NCBI GenBank assembly: GCA_021613535.1
Contig: CP075492.1
Location: forward strand, 12,400,001-12,464,000
Origin: Adineta vaga
Lineage: Eukaryota; Animalia; Rotifera
Length of the DNA stretch: 64,000 nucleotides
Direction: 5' to 3'
The translations under genes were made by a program, and so were the position numbers. Of this stretch, positions 41,501 to 52,700 are shown piece by piece. The notes below the pieces were generated by a model that did not search any database, was not told where the DNA came from, and saw only the letters and a program-made list of their open reading frames with translations. Numbering within the stretch: the first letter of the stretch is position 1; the number at the start of each line of letters is the position of its first letter.

Positions 41501-44500
41501 ATCAGAATTTGTCATTCCCGTTGTTGATTTACCATCCATCCCCGATTTACAATTACCCAAGGTTGAAAAACAAGTCATTGATGCAAATATTGATCTGATG
41601 AAAGTTCCTAATGTTCAATTGCCTGATCTTCAATATGTATTAAATGAACAAGAGAATGCTAAATTACCAGAAATTCAAATTAATAAAACAATTCAAAATG
41701 AATCTGACAAAGAAATAACAATACTAACTGGTTTAGCATTAGCTTCGCCTATTGATGATATGTTAAGCATTCAAACTGATCATAAAAGTTTTCCGATTGA
41801 AACAGATTATGCTATTCAAAATGAACCCATTGTTCCAACCATTTCAACTGAACGAACAGAAGTTATTATCAACACAGAATTCATATCAATAGAAGAAAAA
41901 TATCAAATTGTCGATACTCAACAATCTGTGCTACCAATTGTTGTTGAAGTAGGTTCAAAAATAATTAAAAAAAAAGTTATTATGCTTCTATCTTCAATTT
42001 TATTCTTATCTGTTTATTTTAGACTCAAATTACGACTACCGAATATAATTTTCAATTACCTTCACCAGAACCCATTCTTTCTGTATCGAAAGATGCTAAA
42101 TCAATTCCACCATCATTTGATGATGATGTTCCAAGTACACCTCCGAAAATTGTTCCAGCAATTCAATTTTCTCAAAAACCATTAATTGAAGCTAAGCCCG
42201 AAATCAAAAAGAATAAATCTTCAACCATGCCATTCTGTTCCTGCTTTGGTAGTAAATCAACTACACCCAAACAAACAACTCGTCCTCTCGCAGCACCAAA
42301 AGCAAGTTTACCATCAATTGATATGCCACTTCCTGCCTCAAATGTTTCTTCAACTTTAAAAACAAAAGGACCATTACGTGCACCAAGTAGTGATCTTCCA
42401 CCCGTTGATTTAACTCCAACAACTACTGAAACCGTTCGTTTACCAGGCATTCATATTCACGATAAGAAGCCTACGCCAACTCATGAAACTGAAGCAGTTG
42501 TACCAAATTTTGAAACAAAACAAGAAACAATCATTGAAAAACCAATTAAAGAAGAAATTAAAGTTAAATCGGATAATTCAACATCTGTTACAGAAAAACC
42601 ATTACAAGAAGAAATCAAAATCAAATCTTCGACTTCAACATCTGGTCATGAAAAATTGTCAACCGAACAAATTAAAGTAAGATTGAATAAATAATTTTCT
42701 TTTTCTTTCCCTCATATTTCCGTAATAAATCTACTTAACGACAACATTAGTCGAGAAAAGTGACACGACATGATATAAAAGTTGTTTTTTCTTCTTCGAC
42801 TTATTTATGTTGACAAATAAGAGATAATTTCCAGAAATGGAAAATGTCACAGATAACACCAAAAGTTTCGAGAAAAGAACATTAACCATAACAGTTCTTC
42901 GATAGAATAACGACTGTTAAGTAACATTCGCACAGTTGGATATTATCAAATATTCATTGTCGTTAATGGCTTTTTTTTTCTTCTCAAAACATAGATTATA
43001 TATATATATGTGTGTATACATATTAAATGCTTTCTTTTTCTTTTAGACTGCTTCAATTGAACCGAAAAAATCTCCATCGTTCGTTATTAAAGCTCCTGCT
43101 ATGAATATTCCTGAAATTGATTTATCTGGTCCACCTAAATCTGATGCATATCTCTCCTTATCTAAACATGAATCCGTATCAATTCCTGAACACATTCAAT
43201 CACGTTCTGACAGTGGTCTTGAAGCCATTCTTTCATCACATATGCATCCATCATCAACATTTGGTACCAATGCAACATTTGAAGATATTCAACAACATCC
43301 ATCAATCAGTTCTGGTTTAGGTAGTGAAATCTTAGATAATATTACTGCCAAAGGTTATTCTTTACCGGATATAAAAGCACCCGAACCAACACTTATACCA
43401 AAAAGCATAGAAAGTCATTCAAATATTAAACATGATTTCACTCAAAAGATTACAATGAATGATGATACACGTACTAAACTTGTCTTTCGACGTGATCAAT
43501 TAAAAACATGTTTAAGTACTGAAATATCTCAATCAATCGATGAATATGATACGAAAAAAGATCAAAAATCAGTTGATAAAATATTGACACATGCTATCGA
43601 TTTAATACAAGACAAGAAAGTAACCACATATCCGGAATTAAAGCAAAAATTAATAATCGAACATAAAAATGAAGCATTTCTAGTTGATCCAATTGTTCGT
43701 TCACTCTATTATGCTATTGAAAAACAAGGTTTAGATAATTTAGATAAACCAGAATTTCCATTAGCTATACGCGATGTAAGTCAAATGATTGATGATTTTT
43801 TATTGTTATATATTTGTTCTTTTCTTCTACCATAACAGATGGTACGTCTTCCTGCTCAACAGACATATGACACAGTGATGCATTTGAATAAAGAAGCAAT
43901 ACCATTAACTACTACAAAAATGATCAAGTAAGTGATCCTACAGATAAAGCTCGGAATGTAAAGGTAATCCGAGATAATCTTTCTAACATTGAAAAAAAGA
44001 ATGTTTGCAAGACATAGTGATTATAATTCAAATTTCATTCTAGAGATACAATAACTCCAGTTGCTGATATACCAATCGAATCGACACCAAAACCACTTGA
44101 ATCTGCACGTTCTTGTTTATCATGTGGTCGTTCTTCGAAATCGAAAAGTAAACTTTCGACATTAACATCGCCAACAACTTCATCAACTGGTTTACTTGAT
44201 GAACGTCGTCGTACACAATTAAATACACATCGTAATGATTTAGGAACTGTTCTTCGAGACCATATTCAATCTTCACAACCACCCATTCGAAAATTTGCTG
44301 ATCATCCTAAAGAATCAGAAAAAATCATTCGAAAAAGTTTAACACTTTTAACACAACCAAAAATTCATTCCTACGAACAAATTCGTCATGATTTAAAATT
44401 AGAACATAAACAAAGTTTCTATTTAGTTGATCCAATTGTTGATATTATTCGTGATACATTAGATCATTGTGATATCACACAAATGAATGAAAAAACGAAT

Positions 44501-46185
44501 TTAGACATCTTAGATTCGAATATATCTCAAACAGCCAAATTATATAATAATCAATTGAATATCTTATCAACAGAAGAAGCGCATGCTTTTAAATCGGATC
44601 AATTAACCTGGTTACAACAATATCTTATAACAAATGAATCAAAAGAAAAGAAATTAACGAAAAAACAAAATAAAGAATTGAATAAAATCCTTCATCGTAA
44701 CATTGAAATTCTTTCATTTAATCTTTTGTCAACATGGGATGAATTAGCTTTACAATTACAACGTGAATATCCTAAGGCACATGATCTATGTGATCGTTCA
44801 GTTGAAATTATGAAACAAGCACAAAAAGATGGATTATTTTTCTTACAACATGCTCCAGTTCAAGATAAACGACGTCCATCATCATTAATAACTGAACGTG
44901 CTCGAGAAAATTTGAAAAGTAATCGAAAAAAAATTATTAATTCATTGAAAACATTCTTTACTACAAATAATTCACCATCACCTAACGAAAGTCAATTAGA
45001 CACATATCTTCATAAGACATTTCATTATCTACAAGAACAAAAGCAAGGTCAATTTAAAAGCTATCAAGATTTAAAAGAACAATTAAAGAAAGATTTTCAT
45101 AAAAATCATCAAGATCAATTAATTGAACAAATTGTTGATGTTATCGAACAAGCACATGCAACAAATCAATTTGATGATATCGATAAACCAGAATTACAAA
45201 CTCTTATGAAAGATCGATTAGATGGCAAACGTACGTTATCCTTTTACTTTTCTTTATTTCAACTTCTTTTTTCTTCTTATTTAGCATTAGTTATTAAAGA
45301 AATGTATGTTTCATTACCATCACGTGCAGGTGCATATGGAATATCGAAATATTCTATGGAAGAATCGACACGTTATCTGTCGACATCGGCAAGTGGTGAT
45401 CAAACATTGAATAGTACAACAATATCACATCGAGTTGCTCGTGGTCTTAGTTGGAGAGAGGCAAATGAACGAGCAAGAATTTTATTTTATCGAGGAAAAC
45501 ATCCTGCTATCCATTATGATGAACAAGCAGCAGCATTTGATGTTCGAATGTTATTAGAAACTGCATCAGGTGGTACACGTGAAATACCTGTAACGGACAG
45601 TGATGTAAGTAAAAATAGAAAGTTTTTCAAATAGTTATCGAATTCTAATTATGTATAATTACATTTGTGACAGACACCTGCATATGTAATTAGTCAATCA
45701 AGTCATTTACTAAGAGAATTTTCATTCCTATTGACCTTGTATGCAGGGCTACAGCTGGTAAAAGATAACAAGATGATAGACTTATCCTTGCATACTTTTC
45801 TATATTACAAAATTGCTTTTGGGTAATATAATCTCCCACTACTGTCACCTTTTATTGCCGGAAACGATGAGTGTTATCTATGCGTAAAAATTTATTCAAT
45901 AAGATATATTTCTTGACAATTTGAAAATTTTCTTTCTTTCTTTCTAAGATTCATGAATTACTCAACTCGTGTGGTGTTCAATGGGATGGTGTTAATATCA
46001 TATCATTAGTTGATCATAGTGAAGATGTTGTACGTGCTGCTGAACAAGCAGCATTAAAAGTTATTCGAGAAAAAGGTATCGTCGATTTACGGACACCACC
46101 ATCAACACGAAATGTCGATACAGATGATAAGGATAAAAATCTTACGGAAACAATTATTTCGTCTACTACAAGTCCATCTTCATGA
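32535..46185 (+). CDS. Uncharacterised giant membrane-associated scaffold-like protein (about 3225 aa, 20 exons): 32535-32797, 33954-35332, 36209-37197, 37253-38002, 38061-38882, 38943-39158, 39218-39400, 39462-39668, 39719-39901, 39958-40128, 40190-40372, 40434-40628, 40689-40793, 41133-41948, 42023-42676, 43047-43775, 43839-43927, 44044-45230, 45285-45604, 45949-46185
   Basis: Every junction is GT-AG and phase-compatible, giving one open frame from MGCSNAR to a TGA at 46183-46185. Mostly low-complexity E/K/P/S/T sequence with several internal repeat types. No known family recognised. Confidence 0.82.
36583..37040 (+). repeat. Exact 225-bp (75-codon) tandem duplication within an exon
   Basis: 36583-36807 and 36808-37032 appear identical; tttgaacc is present at all three boundaries (36583, 36808, 37033). 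Confidence 0.95.
38220..38354 (+). repeat. 45-bp coding tandem repeat, about 3 copies (ESRPEIVEQExEVHE)
   Basis: gaatctcgtccagaaata starts at 38220, 38265 and 38310. Confidence 0.9.
38832..40700 (+). repeat. Array of tandemly duplicated phase-0 exons with conserved ends
   Basis: Seven exons of 216, 183, 207, 183, 171, 183 and 195 nt. Each begins S(L/R)P(K/Q)SQE(R/H)L and ends VNID(T/S)FK(E/Q)RTF(D/Q)xx(Y/F/S)E. They are separated by 50-61 nt introns. Confidence 0.92.
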
Positions 46186-46767
46186 TTTAGACATTGTTCA
46201 TTTGTATTTTTTCTTTCTTTCTTTGATGTTCAAAGCATCATTTCTCTTTCCTTTCCTTCTTCTGCTTCTTTTCTCTTTCTTTATATATAGACTAATTACA
46301 CACTGTACTTCTTTTGCACATTAACATACAATAAGCATAAAACCATATTTTGATTTAGAAAATAATGTTTTCTCTCTCTCTCGTTCTCTTGTTTCTTTCT
46401 GTTGTTGTTGTTATTCTTATTCTTATTTGTTTCAGTAATTTTCAATGAAGAGAAATACCGAGATTTCTTAACACTATGTATGTAAAAGAACAAACATTGT
46501 CGGCTTTATTGTTTTTTAAACTTGCGATATATATATATACAATGTGTATTTAGTCATCAACGTGTGCGTGTGTTTTCAGAAATGTCTTGTCGTTGTCATT
46601 ATTTGTCTTTATGAAATAAAAATCTCATTTTTTTCTGGAGAATGATGCAATTAGAAATGTTCATCATTGTATTGTGCATTAGAAAAGAAGAGGAAGAGAG
46701 AAAAAAAAATAAAACACAAACAATGAGCGGATAACACAAAAAAATATAGATTATAAACGTGTATATA

Positions 46768-49700
46768 TCACGACGATTCTGATAGATGAGTAGTAATTGA
46801 AGATGAATCAGTAATTTCATTCGCTGATGTACTTGTACTCATCGCTGTTGAAGATGCTTGTTGTTCCTGTTGCTGCTGTTGTTGCTCGTCAGCAAGTTCT
46901 TGCCATCTATGAAGGTTGTCTCTGAAAATGAAATAAGATAATTGAGATTGAAAATGATCTCAATGAAAATGTACCGAGCTCCATTTAACATTGGCATTGT
47001 TTCAGGAACGATTCGTACGATTAATGAATAGCACGGTAAACAAATATTATTTATAAAATTCACCTAAAGAGAAGTAGAAGATGCATATATAATAATGATA
47101 AACATAAGAGACTTAGTTTGATCTGTATTCTCTAAACCTAAAACAATTTCATAAGATATTCGTAAAGATAATCTTCACATTTTTGGATATTATCTCGCAC
47201 GAAAGACAATTTTTATCGATTTAGTATTTAGTGAAGTGTGCTACAAAACATCCTGTTGAATATATCGACTCATCATTGACGCACTATTTCCTATTCGAAG
47301 ATTCTTACTTGGTTTTTTGGCAATTCATGTGCCAAAGATCGATCCATTAGCGATTGTGGTTGAATGCCTCGTCGTTTTTCTTCATCACCCTGTAGAAATA
47401 AATTTCATTCTTTTAAAACAATATAATCCTAAAATTTTCTCTCTCGTTCGCTTGCTATATATTCTTTATTAATTTTCATAGGAAACTAATCAGAAGAAAG
47501 CACACCTCTTGCCAAAACTCTGCCATGATTGTATTCACAATATGTTCTTGTACTGACCATGGTTTATACATCGCACATAAATCAACTGCTGTCATCGATA
47601 CTGATTGTAAACATTGACTGGAATAAAAATATTTCATTCAATTTTGACCTGCTATGTTGTTTTATGATTAGTAATGATTAGTGTAGAAAAAGAGAGACAG
47701 TGAGCAAGTGAACGAGAGAAAACGAGATATATCGAAGACATAAAATCACCTGTTGAAAGAATTCTTCCATGATGATGCTCACATTTGACCGCTGTACGGC
47801 CCAATGTTTAAATGACGAGCATAAATCAGCTGCGGTCATACTGAGCCCCATCACGAGCAGTCTAGAGATCAAAAAATAGAGCAATCAAGAAGAATATGTC
47901 AATAATCACAAAGATAACAAACAACACAATATGTGCAATAGATAATAGAAATAACAAAAACAAAGCAGATAATCAAATAAGAAGATAATTAAACTTACAA
48001 ATGTTCTCGATTATGCCAATCAAATTGATTATTTTCTACGATTTTTTCAAGTTTCGGACGATTTTCAAAAAATAATGCTAAATCTGTTGCTAATATACAA
48101 TGACGAATTTCATCTAACATTTGTCGATATTCTTTTGGAGAAAAATGCTTGAAAATATTCAAATTTTCCGTCTGAATACAAAGATGAGGATTTTTCGAAA
48201 AACAAAAGCAATTCATCAATAATAGTTTTACTTGTAAAATGGTAACTGTTTGATTGAAATGATGTCGTTCCATTGTGGAAGTCGAATAAATTGAAGCAAG
48301 TGTTGATGAACTTTTAACCATATATGCATTTGTTTTACCACGATGATCAAGATCATGACAAAGGCAAGCAACAAACAAAGCAATACACTAATTGAATACA
48401 ATCAAAATGAAAATTCATCGAAAAGAAAAAAAAACTATAACAAGAACAAACTTCATTCGGTGAATAGTGATGTTTTGTTCTTTTTATCACAGTGTAAATT
48501 GCATGGGCAACACTGAATGCATGTGACCAATTATGATAAGGAACATTACGATAATTCTTTCGTACAGTTAATACAAATCTCATTAGACATTCTCGATCGA
48601 ATCTAAGAATAGAAATTCGTAGTTGAAAAAGTAAAACAGAAAAGAAAAACACGAGGATTTACCTATTCACATTTGCTGGATCCAAATTGGTCAAATCAAG
48701 AAGCATGTAGAGAACATAAATTGGTTTCATATCATTTGTAACACTCCAAGGAGAAAATTCAAATAATTCAATATCGGGTATACTATTTGGAATAATGCTT
48801 GTTTTGAAACGTTCATATTCTTCATCTGAACATGATGCATGATATGATAAAACTTCCAGTGCAACTTTACATTTTTGTTCAGATCGACGAATACGATCAT
48901 AAAGTGAAGCATGATGTAAAGCTAAAATGATGAGAACACCAATGAAAACTAATAACTATTTGCAGAGTAACTATTAGAAAGAAACATTTTCTTAATAAGG
49001 TTTATGTTTATATATAGTTTTCTCATTAAAATATTATTATCTATTATGTTGACAGACTATTTTTAGAACTACCAAACACTCTTTTTCTTTTTAATTAGGT
49101 AAAATATAAATCCTAATGATATGATAGAACGATATAAGGTCAATTCTATGTCTACATTCAATTTTCGAATCGATTTATAACTAGACCCACTATGCAAAGA
49201 TAAATAATCGAAATTGACTTCCTATTGACTTTTATGTTTAAGAATAAGCAATAACTAATTCAAATAGTAATTTTACATTTTAATAATGTACATAAAAGAC
49301 AAGCAAATAGATGTGTATGCTTACATAACCTTAGGCATTTAAGATTTAAAATGATTTCTTTCTTACCAAGTCCACAATAGACAGCAAATGTTTCAAATGA
49401 TTCTTCATCACCTTTTGTAAAATGTCCATTCTTTTTATTAACCATTTGTACAACACCAATAACATTTCCTTGAATCATAATTGGCATACATAAAAGTGTT
49501 TTCGTCTTATAACCTGTTTTCTGATCAATATCTCTAGATAAGAAATTTTCATAAGTCTTTCTTTTCCTCATCGATCAAACATCTCATCTTACCGATTAAA
49601 TCGATCATCACTATATGCATCAATAATATTCAATGTTTTTCCTGTCGTCGCCACATAACCGGCAATACCTTTATCCATTGGAAAACGTATACAATCACGA

Positions 49701-52700
49701 TCATCCGAGATAGAACGTTTTTGTCCTGGAATGTCTCTATTTGCAACAATTGATGAATGTGATACATCATGTTCTTCACGTCCAATATCAAAAATTCGAG
49801 CATATAATTCTTTTGTTCGAGAATCTACCATAAATAGAGATGCTCGATCAGCATTCACTAGTTTTTTAGCATAACTCATTATTTTAAGCATCACAGCATC
49901 CATACTAACAAGCTCTTGAAATATTGATTTTGTAACTGCTAAGAGAAAATCATTTAAACGTCGTTCACGTGTCATGGAATGGTAAAGCTAAAAAATAGAT
50001 AAAAGTAAATATTTTATTTCAATCGAAATATTTGTTTTTCAATCGTCTGAATTCTATCGTTTTCACCTATAGCGTAAAGATAGAAGAGAATCGATCAATA
50101 AGCAGCATATAGAAAAATAAATTAAAATTTAAGAATCGATTCAAATCACACACATACACACACACGCACACACATGATCAAATAAATCGTAGTAGGATAT
50201 GTTAATACCTCGTAATATGTTTGGGTGAAAAGCTCCTTCACACATTTTAACGTTTCCTGAAGCAAAAGAGAAAATAAGAGATATTGATTGGACTAGATGT
50301 AAATAACTAATCTATTCTAAAACATAACGTACGAATGGTTTTCTAAGGGTACTCTAATCTAGATTATCATTAATTACAAAACTACATGATTAAACAAGTG
50401 AATAGACAATTCTTCGAAGAACTTACTTCTTCATCTTCAATAGAAAATGGTAGAGGATTATTAACACGATAAAATTCCACCACACCTATTTTACAATTCA
50501 ATTAATAAATTATATAGAAGAAGATGAAATAAGATCTTTACCAAGGAGATTACCAGTTGTATTAATTATAGGATGAGCCATAACAGCAGTTACTTTATTA
50601 TCTTTTACATAAAGACCATCGGGATATTTTTCCATATCAAGCTATAGTAAAATATAGTTATTATTTCGAAAACAAAGAAAGTTTATTCATCTTACGATTG
50701 TCATATCACTAATTCGTATCGTTTCTTTTGACCAAGCAACATAACCAGCAAGACAATGACCGGATCCAATACGTATCGGAATAAAACATGCTGCTTGTTC
50801 ACTAAATTAACAGAAAGAATTCTATTAATTATGTATATGAATGATTCATTTCCTAACTATTTAAATGAAACATTCTTTTCTCGAAATTCTAGCTGATAAA
50901 AGCTTTAGTATGAAGATAAAAACAATTTTCTTTCTTACTCATCATTTTCTGACGAAAATAATCGCAAATTGGTATCCGTTTCGTCAACCAAATATAAATT
51001 GAATCCATCTGCTGATACAGCTAAAGAAAGAAAAGCGAAACATTTTGAAAATATGATTTCATCTTTCGAATGGATTTTATTGTCTTTTTTTACTTGTGGC
51101 TATCGATTTATTTAGTTCATAAAGAATTTGAGCTTTGCTAACATTCTGATTCACTTCATCAGTAAGTTCATGTAATAAACGCCGTTTGTCGCTTAATTCC
51201 ACTAACTATATTTACATATATAAATAATAATCTTCAGAGAAAAAAAGAGATTCGAGCTTTGTTTTTTTACTGTATTCATTGACTTTGCTGTTGTTAATGA
51301 CAGTTGTTTGGATGAATCCGATGAATTCTTTCTTTTCTCATCTAAATACATGAAAAAGAATGTTTTATGTCATAAAAATTCAGCAATACGATCATAAATC
51401 AACTTCGAACTCGTATAAATAATTAAAGGCTTTTTTTTTGCTTAATAAATGAGGTTTCTTTCTTACTCGTATGGTTTATTGGCGGTGTTGAAACATTATT
51501 CTGATTAGAAGAAACCAATGGTATTGTTGTTGATGATGAAGATGGACGTGCCGATGATGAAGACGAAACTTTCGATGGCTTTTTTGTAATCCATTGTTCA
51601 ATTGTATCCGAATGGATATTTTGTTGAATATAAGAATTAAGAAAATCAGGATGTTCATTGAGATAAACTTTGACCGAATCGGCTGTTACAGATGAGGGCG
51701 AGCGTTCATCATTGGCTGTAAATACGAAACTAAGTTAATTATATTTGATTAAATAAAATCTCGATGAAAAGAAAAAAGTTAATTGAATCTCGAGAAAAAA
51801 TATTCGATGAAAAAAAAACTTTATTTATATCTCCTTAAAAGATTTCCACTTAGATATTTTAAGAAAAGATTTGCGTTTTTTTTCTCTATACAGATTTTGT
51901 ATGACAACAAGATTTCTTCATTCCCTCTTGACTTCTTTTCTCTTTTCTTTGGGTTCATGTTCAGCAATATGAGAAGCATCTCTCATTATTTCCTGTATGC
52001 TTTCAAAAAAAAGCTAACCATTATTGTGTATGGGAAGTAGTACTAGGAAGAGAAACGATGACTTTTTTTGTCTTATTCTATGTCATCAGGCAAGAAAAAA
52101 CAAGCATAGATATATATATATATATATATATATATACACGCACATCGATTACAAACACGCACAAACATGTATATGCATTACCTTATCACTCCTTCAATTA
52201 GTTGGTGAGATGCGTACAGATGTGTACGCACAAATCTTCCTATTCTCATCTTTTTCTTTCTATTATATATGCATACAAGTATTTTCTCTATTTACGAAGA
52301 AATGTCTAAGAATACTAATAAGTTATTTGACTATATTGAACACGATCAGATAGAAAAGGAAGAAAGAAAAATGTTGTTATTGCTAAGTTGTTTTTATCCA
52401 GCACCTACCGCCTTTTTTTGTCGATCTAGTTTTCTTTTTTGAATGATCTGATGAAGAAGGAACAGACGTGCAACATTTGATTAAATTCATGATGATCGTT
52501 GTCGTAAATACGTTGCTTGGTGTAGATAAGTATCACGAAAAAGAAATGACGAAGAAAATGTTTGATAAGGTAAAAAAATCGAATTGCGACATATGTCATG
52601 ATCGATATGTTCGTCCCCCTTCCACCGCCAGCATTAGTAAAAACAAAAACAAAAATATAAATGCATCGGTAACGTCAATAAAAAATACAAAAGCAAATAT

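Noticed and set aside
51686-51712. ATGATG as the PDE start codon
   Set aside because: That frame stops after eight codons. The conserved frame requires a phase-1 splice from the upstream exon.
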